DNA of 64,000 nucleotides from NCBI GenBank assembly GCA_038885755.1, contig JAVZZH010000003.1:32001-96000 (forward strand). The letters are read 5' to 3'. The position numbers and the translations under genes were made by a program. Below are positions 9,329 through 19,182 of this stretch, piece by piece. The notes below the pieces were generated by a model. That model saw only the letters and a program-made list of their open reading frames with translations. It did not search any database and was not told the origin of the DNA. Positions within the stretch are counted from its first letter, which is position 1, and each line of letters begins with the position of its first letter. The stretch is from Candidatus Caldarchaeum sp. GTDB taxonomy: Archaea > Thermoproteota > Nitrososphaeria_A > Caldarchaeales > Caldarchaeaceae.

Positions 9329-10561
9329 GTGTTGGAGCCGCTCAAGGGTGTAAAGGTTGTTGAAGTAGGCACGGCTATAGCCGCGCCGCTCTGCACGTTG
9401 CTTCTCTCGGAGATGGGTGCCGAGGTTGTCAAGGTTGAGAACACGAGCAGAGGCGATGACGCGAGGTTTATGGGTAAGCTTGTGAACGGCGAGAGCCTTT
9501 ACTTCTTCCACTACAACAAGAACAAGAGAAGCTTGGCCGTCGACCTTAAGACGGAGAAGGGCCGTGAAATCCTCGCCAAGCTCGTCGAGGGCTCGGACGT
9601 GTTCGTCGAGAACTTCAGGCCGGGGGTGATGAAGAGGCTGGGATTGTCGTACGAGGACTTGAGGAAAATCAACAAACGGCTGGTTTACTGCTCCGTCTCG
9701 GGCTTCGGCCAGACAGGGCCCTACTCGGAGCTGGCGGGCTACGACATAGTTGTACAGGCTATGTCGGGATTGATGTCGGTGACAGGCTTTCCGGATGGGG
9801 AGCCTCTCCGCGCAGGCATACCCGTCGCAGACATTCTGGCCGCCGTCAACGCGGCTATGGCTGTCTGCGCAGCTCTCTTCCAGAGGGAGAGGACGGGTGA
9901 GGGAACGTATATCGATGTTTCGCTTTTCGAGGCAGGGGTTGCGGCGATGGGCCAGTGGATAAGCACCTACGTGGGAAGCGGCGAGCTTCCGACGAGGTAC
10001 GGCAACAAGTATCCGGCGATAGCTCCCTACGAGGTGTTCAAGGCCTCTGACGGCTGGCTGGTTGTAGGAGTAGGCAACGAGAAGCACTGGCGGCAGCTGT
10101 GCTCTGTGCTGGGCAGGATGGACCTGCTGGAGGACCCGAGGTTCAGAGACAACCAGAGCAGGATAAAACCCTCGAACAGGGAGGCTTTGGAGGAGGAGTT
10201 GAACAGGATTTTCCCCGTCCGGACCGTGAAGGAGTGGGTTGAGCTACTCCAGCGCTCCGGAGTACCGTCGGGGCCCGTCAACACAGTCAAAGACCTTCTA
10301 GAAGACCCTCACGTCAAGGCCCGCGGCGTTCTGGCGAAGGTTGAACATCCACGGCTGGGCGTGATGACCGCCGTTAGGTCTGCGCCTTTCCAAGCCTGTG
10401 GACAAGCTTTCTACAGGCCGTCTCCTCTCCACGGCCAGCACACGGAGGAGGTGTTGAAACAGCTGGGGTACAGCAGCGCGGAGGTTGAGGAGCTTGAGAG
10501 GCTGGGCGTCGTGAAGCTGTTCAGGCCGTCGGATAAACAATATATTAACCCGCAGGGATGA
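9329..10561 (+). CDS. Family III CoA-transferase (CaiB/BaiF)
   Basis: GAEVVKVE, NKRSLAVDLK, ENFRPG, GYDIVVQAMSG. Confidence 0.93.
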   Translation: MLEPLKGVKVVEVGTAIAAPLCTLLLSEMGAEVVKVENTSRGDDARFMGKLVNGESLYFFHYNKNKRSLAVDLKTEKGREILAKLVEGSDVFVENFRPGVMKRLGLSYEDLRKINKRLVYCSVSGFGQTGPYSELAGYDIVVQAMSGLMSVTGFPDGEPLRAGIPVADILAAVNAAMAVCAALFQRERTGEGTYIDVSLFEAGVAAMGQWISTYVGSGELPTRYGNKYPAIAPYEVFKASDGWLVVGVGNEKHWRQLCSVLGRMDLLEDPRFRDNQSRIKPSNREALEEELNRIFPVRTVKEWVELLQRSGVPSGPVNTVKDLLEDPHVKARGVLAKVEHPRLGVMTAVRSAPFQACGQAFYRPSPLHGQHTEEVLKQLGYSSAEVEELERLGVVKLFRPSDKQYINPQG

Positions 10562-10567
10562 GTCGGC

Positions 10568-11386
10568 GTGAACACCGTGGAGGATGTTATTCAGGCTCTT
10601 CTGTCGGCTAAGGTTTACGACCTCGGCCAGCCCTACTTCAACGGCATGCCCGTCCACCCCGAAGACCCGCCCTACTCGATGGTGATATACAGGTATCATC
10701 AGTTCACCAAGCAGTTGTTCGAGAAGGTTGCGCCCGGTTTCTCGGACTCGATGGAGCTTGTGATAACCAGCATGCATTCAGGAACTCACATAGATGCGAA
10801 ATGCCACATGGCTCGGGACGGGCTTCTCCACCAAGGAGTCAAGGCGAACGAGATAGTCAAGCACACGGGCTACACTCGCTACGGAACCGAGGAGATACCG
10901 CTCTACGTGAAACGAGCCGTGCTGTTTGACGTGCCAGCTTCGAAGGGCCTCGACATCCTTCCTCCGCGATACGGGATAACCGCTGAAGACCTCGAGAAAT
11001 GCCTCGAGCTCGAGGGCGTCAAGCTGAACGAGGGAGACGTGGCTCTGGTCAGGACAGGCTATTCACGCTTCTTCACGACAGACAAGGAGAAGTACCTCCA
11101 CGACTTCGCAGGCATAACCGAGGACAGCGCTAGATGGCTCATCGACAGACGGATATCTCTGCTGGGCATAGACAACCTAGCCATGGCGGTGCCCAAACCC
11201 TTCAACGTCCACCTAATGTTCCTGGTCGACGCAGGCATACATGTGATGAAGAGCCTCTACCTCGAAGAGTTGGCGAGGGACAGGATGTATGTCTCGGCTG
11301 TTGTGGTTGCTCCTTTGAAGGTCGTGGGTGGTACGGGTTCCTTGGTGAGGCCTGTGGCTCTTGGTTTTAGGGAAAAAGTTAAGTGA
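10568..11386 (+). CDS. Metal-dependent cyclase / kynurenine formamidase family hydrolase
   Basis: HSGTHID (HxGTHxD), LVRTG, GTGSLVRPVA. Confidence 0.88.
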   Translation: MNTVEDVIQALLSAKVYDLGQPYFNGMPVHPEDPPYSMVIYRYHQFTKQLFEKVAPGFSDSMELVITSMHSGTHIDAKCHMARDGLLHQGVKANEIVKHTGYTRYGTEEIPLYVKRAVLFDVPASKGLDILPPRYGITAEDLEKCLELEGVKLNEGDVALVRTGYSRFFTTDKEKYLHDFAGITEDSARWLIDRRISLLGIDNLAMAVPKPFNVHLMFLVDAGIHVMKSLYLEELARDRMYVSAVVVAPLKVVGGTGSLVRPVALGFREKVK

Positions 11387-11409
11387 TGAAGCGTTTAGGA
11401 TAGCTTGAT

Positions 11410-11745
11410 TTGGTGGACAAACCGATAAGACGGCTGTTCTGGTGGCTGCTGCTCGGAACTAAGGGAGGGCCGACGAGGCTGTTGATACTCATGCTTTTGA
11501 GGAACGGGGCGGCCAACGCCAACAAAATAGCCTCCACTCTACAGCTAAACTACAAAACAGTCCAGCATCACCTAGAAGTCATGCTCGAGAACGGGTTCGT
11601 CGAGGCTGAAGGGCAGCGTTACGACATCAAGTACAGGCTAGCCCCCATAGTCCTCGAGAACATGGACGTCCTAGAATCAATCATTCAGGAAGCTCTGTCG
11701 TCGAAACAGGCCAAGGCGAACCTCGTATGGGACCGCTCTGGCTGA
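11410..11745 (+). CDS. ArsR-like winged-helix regulator
   Basis: GTKGGPTR..ANKIASTLQLNYKTVQHHLEVM. Confidence 0.85.
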   Translation: MVDKPIRRLFWWLLLGTKGGPTRLLILMLLRNGAANANKIASTLQLNYKTVQHHLEVMLENGFVEAEGQRYDIKYRLAPIVLENMDVLESIIQEALSSKQAKANLVWDRSG

Positions 11746-12011
11746 CGAACATCATCATATCCATAATGATAATCCTCGCCCTAATGTACTCGCTGAGGAA
11801 CTACCTGCTGACGAGAAGGCTTGCACGGACCAAGTTCACCAACGCCCTCGTAGCGCTCACAGCAATCTTCCTCATCCAGCACATGTACGCCGCCTACATG
11901 TTTTACATGCTTTCGTGGAGCGAGGGCACCGAGATAGCCTATCCGCTGCTGATGCTAAACTTGCTCGGCTTCGCAGGGTTCAGCATCTTCGTCTACTTGT
12001 CGAGGGCGTAG
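11727..12011 (+). CDS. Small 3-TM membrane protein overlapping the ArsR gene
   Basis: Three hydrophobic segments; 19-nt overlap with the upstream gene. Confidence 0.7.
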   Translation: MGPLWLTNIIISIMIILALMYSLRNYLLTRRLARTKFTNALVALTAIFLIQHMYAAYMFYMLSWSEGTEIAYPLLMLNLLGFAGFSIFVYLSRA

Positions 12012-12955
12012 AGCCAGCACTTCACAGTAGACCTGCCAGCCTCGACGTCGGAGGGTTTTTCAACCACGCACCTGTCGAAGACCTGAGGGCAGCGTGGATG
12101 GAACCTACATCCAGTAGGAGGGTTGGACAGGTCTGGCGGAGCCCCTGAGATGTACTCGATCGTCCTCGGGCCTCTCAGCCTTGGAATGGACTTCAGAAGC
12201 TTCTGCGTGTAGGGGTGCAGCGGCGTGGCGAGAACGTCGTCAGAACTTCCGTACTCGACAACCTCCCCCGCATACATCACAGCCACCGAGTCAGCTATGT
12301 CGCTAACCAACGCCAAGTCATGCGTTATGAAGATCATCGAGAGACCCAGCTCTCTCTTCAGCTTCTTCAGAAGGTTCATGACCTGTGTTTGGATGGAGAC
12401 GTCGAGGGCTGAGGTCGGCTCGTCGAGAATCACGAGCTGGGGGTTCATAACGAGGGCCATAGCTATCATGGCTCTCTGCTTCATGCCCCCGCTAAGCTCA
12501 TGCGGATACCTGTCGGCAATCTCCTCAGACAGCCCGACCTGCTTGAAAAGCCTCCCGACGGTCTTCAAAGCCTCCTCAAGCTTGACCCCCTCCTTGAATA
12601 CGAGAGGTTCGGCTACTTGAAGGCCTATCTTGAGCACGGGGTTGAAGCTGTTCATCGCTCCTTGGAAGACCATCGAGATTACTTTCCAACGTATTTCGCT
12701 GTCGAATTTCTTGGCGTCGAGGGAGAAGACGTCAACTCCGTGCAGGAAGGCTTTGCCCTCGAAGTGCGAAACGTTGCTCGGAAGCATCCTCATCAACGCC
12801 AGCCCCGTGCTCGTCTTCCCGCAGCCTGACTCGCCCACCAAGCCCAGAGCCTCAGCCTCTCCAACCCTGAACCCAACTCCGTCAACAGCCTTCACAACCC
12901 TGCCAGCCGACGAATAGTAGACCTTCAGCCCCTCGACACGAAGAACTTCAGCCAA
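11993..12955 (-). CDS. Oligopeptide/dipeptide ABC transporter ATP-binding subunit (DppD/OppD)
   Basis: GESGCGKT, LSGGMKQR, DEPTSALD, C-terminal GCRFHPRC. Confidence 0.95.
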   Translation of the reverse strand: MAEVLRVEGLKVYYSSAGRVVKAVDGVGFRVGEAEALGLVGESGCGKTSTGLALMRMLPSNVSHFEGKAFLHGVDVFSLDAKKFDSEIRWKVISMVFQGAMNSFNPVLKIGLQVAEPLVFKEGVKLEEALKTVGRLFKQVGLSEEIADRYPHELSGGMKQRAMIAMALVMNPQLVILDEPTSALDVSIQTQVMNLLKKLKRELGLSMIFITHDLALVSDIADSVAVMYAGEVVEYGSSDDVLATPLHPYTQKLLKSIPRLRGPRTIEYISGAPPDLSNPPTGCRFHPRCPQVFDRCVVEKPSDVEAGRSTVKCWLYALDK

Positions 12956-14360
12956 CCCTTCTCAGCCTCGGGTTTACAACGGGTTCGAGACCTAGAGATA
13001 TCAGCACAAAGGTGAACGCGGTCAGGACGATCAGCAGGCCCGGCGGAAGAACCCACCACCAAAGCCCTAGGTTCATCCCACCGCTGCGGAAAGCATACTC
13101 GAGGATCTGGCCCCAGCTGGGCAGAGACGGGTCTCCCAGCCCGAGGAAGCTGAGCCCAGCCTCCGCTAGGATGGCTGAGGGTGTTGAGAATATCATCTGC
13201 GAGACGAGGAAGGGCGCTATCTGGGGTGTGATGTGTTTAAGAAGTATTCTCCTCCGGGGTACTCCAAGAGATTCAGCGGCTTCGACGTACTGCGCCGTCC
13301 TCGCCTGCAGGACTATTGACCTCACTATTACGGCTAGGCCTGACCAGCCGAAGGCCACGAGGATGAGGATTATGATCCATATGCTTGGCTTGAAGATGAA
13401 CGTGAAGAAGATGAGGAGGGGGAGAAGGGGTATGTTGTTGAGGACGTCGCAGGCCCTCTGAATGGCTTCGTCAACCCTGCCGCCCAAGTAGCCGCTGACC
13501 ATGCCGACGGACGAGCCTACGGCGGTCGTCAAAACCGCGGTCGCAACACCTATCAACAAGGCGACGGGAAAGCCGAACAACAACCCGGTCGCAAGGTCTC
13601 TGCCCAGCCTGTCGGTCCCGGCAAGCCCGTAGACCCTTCCGCCTGCGACAAACACCACACGCCCCACCACGTCGTCCGGACTGGCTCTCAAAACCCTCAC
13701 CCTCAAAACATAGTCCCCCGGAAGCGGGGCGAACCCTCCTCCCGACGGAGTTCCAAACAAAGCCCTCTCAACCCCCTCTCTCAGAACAAGCTCCGGCGAC
13801 ACTTTCACGCCGTAAGCCCGCTCGAGCTGCTGGCTGAGCTGCTGGCTTGCCTGAACGTCTCCGCTGACGTAGGCCCTGAGAGGTGTTTCATAGTTCCGCC
13901 GGTAGGGAGGAGTTTCTCCAGAGGCTGGCGGTGATGGGGTGATGGTGTAGAACAGGACCAGGGTTCCGTCGGGCCTCTGCAGCTCGAAAAGTATCACGGG
14001 CGGGCGTTCGGCGTACTTTATGCTGGCTGCTGATACTGAAACGAAGCTGGGGAAGCTGTCGTAGCGGTAGCTGAAGACAGCTGAGGCCTCGTCTCCGACG
14101 TTCTCCAAGACTATGGACACGTGGCGTGGAAGGGGCTTGGCGGTGAAGAGGTTCACCCACTCGGGAGCTGATTCTTTGGGGTTGTCAGCCCAGTAGGCCG
14201 GGTTATTCCAGTACCTTGTTCCGAAGTCGAGGGGATAGGTTGAGACGACGTAGGCCGACGCAATCACCTGCAGAGTCAAGAGGAACACGCCCGCCTTGGA
14301 GGTCTTCGACATCCAGAAGACTGACCAGCCTCCCCGCTGGGCCAACGTAGGCTCAACCAC
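12948..14360 (-). CDS. Peptide ABC transporter permease (DppC/OppC) with large extracellular insert
   Basis: GTDRLGRD, YVEAAESLG (EAA loop), LSFLGLG, NPRLR. Confidence 0.92.
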   Translation of the reverse strand: MVEPTLAQRGGWSVFWMSKTSKAGVFLLTLQVIASAYVVSTYPLDFGTRYWNNPAYWADNPKESAPEWVNLFTAKPLPRHVSIVLENVGDEASAVFSYRYDSFPSFVSVSAASIKYAERPPVILFELQRPDGTLVLFYTITPSPPASGETPPYRRNYETPLRAYVSGDVQASQQLSQQLERAYGVKVSPELVLREGVERALFGTPSGGGFAPLPGDYVLRVRVLRASPDDVVGRVVFVAGGRVYGLAGTDRLGRDLATGLLFGFPVALLIGVATAVLTTAVGSSVGMVSGYLGGRVDEAIQRACDVLNNIPLLPLLIFFTFIFKPSIWIIILILVAFGWSGLAVIVRSIVLQARTAQYVEAAESLGVPRRRILLKHITPQIAPFLVSQMIFSTPSAILAEAGLSFLGLGDPSLPSWGQILEYAFRSGGMNLGLWWWVLPPGLLIVLTAFTFVLISLGLEPVVNPRLRRVG

Positions 14361-14387
14361 CCCACGGTATTTGAGCGTGATCCGGCG

Positions 14388-15266
14388 TCAAGGCCTCCAC
14401 CCGCTCAGAAGGAGCAGGGTGTAGGAGACAGCCAGCACGTCAGCCGTCGCAGCCGGCTTAAACCCAGCTCGGAGAACTCTACCAGCCATGTCCTCGAAAG
14501 CCCTCCTACCCCTGTCTGTGTGGAACCCTCCTTGGTCCAGAACCCTGCGGGCCATCCTTGACAGAGTTCTCGCCGCATGCCTGCCGAACATTCTAGAGAC
14601 ATGGCTGTCAGGTAGGTGGCTCATGATGTTGAGGAACGTGTTTACGCCGGCTGTGTTGAGGTCATGTTGAGCGAGCTGTTTCCTCAAGTGTTTGTATCCG
14701 TGTATGAAGCTGGCACGGTAAGACGTGGTGTACTCGGCCGCCACCACCTCCATGCTTCCGTAGGGCTTGAAAGCCTCCTGAACCCCAATCCTCCTCTCAG
14801 CGATCCTACGGTAGGTCTTCTCATCAAACACGTCCAAGTAAGCTACACGGCCCAAATGCCCGGGGTTCACCGTTCGGACAGCCTTGAAGATCATCAGAGT
14901 CTCAGCGGCGTTGATTTTCTTCAGAACTTCCCCAACCCTCTTCCGGAGGTTGCTGAAGTCTCTGCAAGACCCTGCGGCTTTCGCGACAGGCGTGAGGAGG
15001 AGGACTGCGCCCAGATGAGTGTTCCCACCCCTCTGCCACGAAAGCATGTCTCGGCAAGCATTCAGCACAACACCGCCGACAGACCGTCCTGCCGCAGCGT
15101 CGCGGAAGTGTTTGTAAAGGGCGGTGGCTGATGCTATGAATTGGGCGTATTGTTCGCCGTGTGAAGACCGGTCGACAAGCCCGGGTTTCGGCGTCGTAGC
15201 CAGCTCGAGCAACAGCCCGGCCGTGCAGCATCTCGCAACGTCATCGGGCGTGAGCGTCATCTTCAA
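14388..15266 (-). CDS. citG: Triphosphoribosyl-dephospho-CoA synthase (CitG/MdcB family)
   Basis: PKPGLVD, GGNTHLGAVLL, PAATAD. Confidence 0.85.
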   Translation of the reverse strand: MKMTLTPDDVARCCTAGLLLELATTPKPGLVDRSSHGEQYAQFIASATALYKHFRDAAAGRSVGGVVLNACRDMLSWQRGGNTHLGAVLLLTPVAKAAGSCRDFSNLRKRVGEVLKKINAAETLMIFKAVRTVNPGHLGRVAYLDVFDEKTYRRIAERRIGVQEAFKPYGSMEVVAAEYTTSYRASFIHGYKHLRKQLAQHDLNTAGVNTFLNIMSHLPDSHVSRMFGRHAARTLSRMARRVLDQGGFHTDRGRRAFEDMAGRVLRAGFKPAATADVLAVSYTLLLLSGWRP

Positions 15267-16096
15267 AGAACGAAGTACACCGTGAAGCCGAAGAATAGAG
15301 CGGTGAGGATCGTAAGCGGAAGCCCGGGGAAGACCGGTCTCTGCCTAGCAAGCCTGAGCGTAGCAGCGTACCCGGTCAGCAAACCTGCGACCGCAGCCGC
15401 GGCGGGTACCGTGCCTAGGTTTGTCATGGCGAATGAGTAGAGAACCGTGTAGAAGAAAAGGTCGCCAAGACCTATCGCGACGCCTCTGAAGTCTACCACT
15501 AATCCCTTGAGGGTGCTGGTGTCAACCTCGCCCAACGTGCGTAGATGTCCTTTGAACACGACGAGCAAGTCGTAAACCGATATCGCCACAAGCATAACCA
15601 GCGAAGTCCAGAAAGGAATGGAGGACCCTATTATCACTCCCGAGGCTGATGCGACGTATGAGCAGGCTAGGAGACCCGCGGTCTCCGATTTGGAGACGAC
15701 TGCTAGGGCGGCTGCTGCGGAGAACGCTGTGGAAAGGGCTAGCATCGCTTCCAAGCTGAGGTCGGTGAGCAGAATCATGTAAAACATACACGTGGTTAAG
15801 GCGACTAGGCTGAAGACCGTTATGACTAGGGTGCGGACAAGCCTCCTGAACCTTAGCAAGGCTATCAACGCAAAACTTCCGACGAACATCGCGGCAACAA
15901 CCATGAGAGAGTTTATGTAGGGAGCGGGGGTCAAGAGCAGCGACGGCCCCTCCTCCACTTTCTCGGGGATTGGAGTGATGACGGGCTGGGGTAGGAAAAC
16001 TCCTTCAACAACCATCTGGAAAAACAACGCCATCGATAGGGTGAGAGCTACGGGCGCCAGCCTCACAGCATACTCGCTCAAAGCCCCTAAACTCAT
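15263..16096 (-). CDS. Presenilin-like GxGD intramembrane aspartyl protease (A22)
   Basis: SVYD and GLGD catalytic aspartate motifs, PGL (PAL-like), multiple TMs. Confidence 0.85.
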   Translation of the reverse strand: MSLGALSEYAVRLAPVALTLSMALFFQMVVEGVFLPQPVITPIPEKVEEGPSLLLTPAPYINSLMVVAAMFVGSFALIALLRFRRLVRTLVITVFSLVALTTCMFYMILLTDLSLEAMLALSTAFSAAAALAVVSKSETAGLLACSYVASASGVIIGSSIPFWTSLVMLVAISVYDLLVVFKGHLRTLGEVDTSTLKGLVVDFRGVAIGLGDLFFYTVLYSFAMTNLGTVPAAAAVAGLLTGYAATLRLARQRPVFPGLPLTILTALFFGFTVYFVL

Positions 16097-16149
16097 CTCT
16101 TCCGCCCTGTAATCTCGACGATATAACTACTTATATACATCCATCCCCG

Positions 16150-16911
16150 TTGAGTCTCGTGGTCGAAAAAGCTCATCTGCGGTTCACGTCATCCGGCATA
16201 AACGGGCTCGACGTCCTGCTGGAGGGGAAAGGATTCCCGGCTGGTTCTAACATAGTGGTGATGGGGTCGCCGGGCTCCGGTAAGACAACCTTCGGCCTGC
16301 AGTTTCTGAGCTATGGATGCAGAAACGGTGAGAACGGTGTTTACGTCACCTTGGACGAAAGGCCCGATAACGTCATCAGGAACGCCCAACGGATAGGAAT
16401 AGACTTGAGGCCCTTCATCGTGGAGAACGCTCTCGCAGTGGTTGACGCGTCACCCATCAGGACAATCCCGGGCCAAGTAAAGATAGGCAACATCTCGATC
16501 GGCAGGAAGGAGTTTTCCTTGACGGCTTTAGTGGCTGCTGTGGTTAACCATGCACGCGACATCGACGCCAAACGCATAGTCGTCGACTCGCTGACGTCGT
16601 TCTTCCTACAGTATCCACGGGGAGCTGAGAGGCGGATAGCCTTCATGGATTTCCTGGAGGGCATAGCTCCCCTCGAATGCACTTCGCTGTTCCTCACAGA
16701 GCTTAGGATGAGCGGCTTGGAAAGAGTATACCAGTTTGAGGAATTCCTCGCAGACGGCGTCATCATAATGAGGAAGTATGTGAAGAACTCATCAATAATC
16801 CGATCTATCCAGGTTGAGAAGATGAGGGGGGTGGACCACAACGTTGACGCTCATCCCTACCGGTTTGGGCCGGGAGGGATAGAGGTTTACCCGACTGAGA
16901 AGGTAATCTAG
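16150..16911 (+). CDS. Single-domain KaiC/RAD55-family ATPase
   Basis: SGINGLD, GSPGSGKT, RIVVDSL, VEKMRG. Confidence 0.92.
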   Translation: MSLVVEKAHLRFTSSGINGLDVLLEGKGFPAGSNIVVMGSPGSGKTTFGLQFLSYGCRNGENGVYVTLDERPDNVIRNAQRIGIDLRPFIVENALAVVDASPIRTIPGQVKIGNISIGRKEFSLTALVAAVVNHARDIDAKRIVVDSLTSFFLQYPRGAERRIAFMDFLEGIAPLECTSLFLTELRMSGLERVYQFEEFLADGVIIMRKYVKNSSIIRSIQVEKMRGVDHNVDAHPYRFGPGGIEVYPTEKVI

Positions 16912-16921
16912 CTCGTTGAAT

Positions 16922-18394
16922 CTATAGAAGCGTGGCTTTGAAACTGCATCTGTCGGCACCCATAGCCCTGCAGGTCATCTCGAAGCAGTCCACCTTAGTT
17001 TTCAAACACACCGAAAGCACTCCAATCACCACTGCGGAAACGAACTTGTCGCAGAACGGCGAGTCAGAACTCACGCCTTCACACAGGCGACAGTTCTTAA
17101 CGTCGAAAACCCAGCTGTTCCTAGTCGAGTTTGTGAACGACACATCCAAACCCCATCCAGCTTTCAGGGTCAAGGCGACCAGCTTAGGCACGTGCTTCGC
17201 TTCAAACCTTCCAGCACTACTCCCCTCGAGACGTCTAACGTATTCTAGAGCCGTCTTCCTGGCGGACAGCTGGCCGAAATAGTAGGTCGCCGCACGTGCG
17301 TCGGCTAGAAAGTCGGGCCTCTTGGCTGAAGTGTATTCAATCACTCTCCTCATGGCCTCCAAGACCGCTAGATGAGCCTCAAGCGGAACCATCTGCACTT
17401 TCTTCCCGATAAAAATCCGCGGAATAAACGCAAGCCTCAACACAATTCTAGTCGGAATGAGCAGGAAAAACCTGCTCCGCAGCCTCAGCCCTGTCCTGGC
17501 TTTCCCAGAAGGCTCGGGGTCAACCTCCTTGACCTTCACGACCCCGCTGGCTATCCATCCAGCTAGCTTTTCCTCAATCTCAGGCCAGACATCGGGGTAA
17601 AGGCTCTTGAACGTCGAGAGCCTGCTGCCCTCAAGCCCCGTCAAAACCACGTAGTCGGAAAGAGGCATTACGTCCGGGCCCACGTCGCCCAGCGTGAAGA
17701 CAAGCCTGTCCTCCTTACTCTCCAGCATCTTCTTGATCGACTCTAGGGAGACAGGGCCCGACGGCAGGTCTTCGAGGAGGACGCCGTTCCACTCTATCAG
17801 CAGTTTGTCATGAATAATCTCGTACCTTATGTTCTTGAGATGGAACTGGGGGTCGCACCCCCTTATCGGCATCATGTAGTAGACAAACTGGCTGTCGTTC
17901 CTAGCCACGGATAAGTCGATGACCGAGTCGACTATCGCCCTAGCCTTCTTCTCAAACTCTGTGAACGTGTTCTTTGGGATGAGGTAGAACTCCACAGTTT
18001 TGGACATGAAAACATCCTTCTGCCAGATCTCAAACAACTTCAGCACCTCGTCAGGGTTGTGTCTCACAAGCAGCTCGGGCAGGTATGTGTGGAGGAGGAT
18101 CTTTCCCCTCTCCTGCCTCCTCCTCTGGTTGACGTGAATAGACAGGTCCTGCAACCCTTCCGTCGACACCACAGCCTGCCCGGAGCCTGATTGGTGATAA
18201 CGTGCTGAGACGACTTCGACGACGCTATCCCACCGCTTCTTCAACAACGCCCTGAGAAAAGCACGAGCTTCGCTGAAAGTCTCGTCAGCAACCAACACAG
18301 TCATACCGGGCCTCAGCTTGACAATCTGGTCAAAAACCGAGTGGCCAGTCGTCGAGAGAAGCTCCGCGTCTTTCTTCACGCTAGCGCTATCCAT
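16922..18394 (-). CDS. Degenerate KaiC/RecA-like domain fused to C-terminal V4R domain
   Basis: TTGHSVFD N-terminus without Walker A GKT; C-terminal NCRLC..FC..TCRAMGADRCSF typical of V4R. Confidence 0.7.
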   Translation of the reverse strand: MDSASVKKDAELLSTTGHSVFDQIVKLRPGMTVLVADETFSEARAFLRALLKKRWDSVVEVVSARYHQSGSGQAVVSTEGLQDLSIHVNQRRRQERGKILLHTYLPELLVRHNPDEVLKLFEIWQKDVFMSKTVEFYLIPKNTFTEFEKKARAIVDSVIDLSVARNDSQFVYYMMPIRGCDPQFHLKNIRYEIIHDKLLIEWNGVLLEDLPSGPVSLESIKKMLESKEDRLVFTLGDVGPDVMPLSDYVVLTGLEGSRLSTFKSLYPDVWPEIEEKLAGWIASGVVKVKEVDPEPSGKARTGLRLRSRFFLLIPTRIVLRLAFIPRIFIGKKVQMVPLEAHLAVLEAMRRVIEYTSAKRPDFLADARAATYYFGQLSARKTALEYVRRLEGSSAGRFEAKHVPKLVALTLKAGWGLDVSFTNSTRNSWVFDVKNCRLCEGVSSDSPFCDKFVSAVVIGVLSVCLKTKVDCFEMTCRAMGADRCSFKATLL

Positions 18395-18433
18395 CAGCCG
18401 CAGTATCTCCGGCCCGCCGGCTATTAACGCTTC

Positions 18434-19141
18434 CTAGGAGTGCTTCGCCCGGGACAGAGCTATCAAAGAACCGCCCATCATCCTCTCCTCAACCTCAACA
18501 TGTCTGAAGAAGGTTTCTAGCAGAGACTTGAACTCGCTGTTCCTCGGAAGCTTGTCGTATGTTTTGTGGATGGAGTAGACTTTCAGCCCCGGCGGGCCAA
18601 CCCTCAAGAAAGCCAGCAGAGGCGCCACGGTCCTCCAGTAGAGGGATATCGCGATGTTTTTGAGACGGTTGTCGGGCTTGCCTAGGTCCACGACGACCAG
18701 CTTGCCGTTGGAGGTCATGACACGCCTGACCTCGTCCAAGGCCTTTTTCATGTCCCGGGCGTCCCTCAGCGAGAAACCCATCAGAACGCTGTCGAAGACA
18801 TCGTCCCTGAAAGGTGTTCTCTCAAAGTCGCCCAGAACAGGGTGAGTGTTCCAGCTCGAACCAGACCTTGACAGCATCTCCGGCAGTATGTCGAGCATCA
18901 CCACATCCCGCACACCGGGCTGCTGCTCGAGCAGCACCGTCGTGAAGACCCCGTTGCCTGCGCCGGCGTCCAGCACCAGCTCGTCCAACCCCACACGCCC
19001 GCATACAGCCCTTACCCTCAGCCTCCTGTCCAAGCCGAGAGAAATCATTCTGTTGACTTTGTCGTAGAAGGGGGCGATGGTCTTGATGGACTGCATGACC
19101 TCGGGCCAGACACGCCCCAAGCCTAGAGACTTTTCCTCCAT
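18434..19141 (-). CDS. Class I SAM-dependent methyltransferase, UbiE/MenG-like
   Basis: YDKVNRMISLG, VLDAGAGNG, GFSLRD. Confidence 0.85.
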   Translation of the reverse strand: MEEKSLGLGRVWPEVMQSIKTIAPFYDKVNRMISLGLDRRLRVRAVCGRVGLDELVLDAGAGNGVFTTVLLEQQPGVRDVVMLDILPEMLSRSGSSWNTHPVLGDFERTPFRDDVFDSVLMGFSLRDARDMKKALDEVRRVMTSNGKLVVVDLGKPDNRLKNIAISLYWRTVAPLLAFLRVGPPGLKVYSIHKTYDKLPRNSEFKSLLETFFRHVEVEERMMGGSLIALSRAKHS

Positions 19142-19182
19142 CGCCGCGTAATTCTCTGCTGCAGAGATTTAAACGACGTGTT

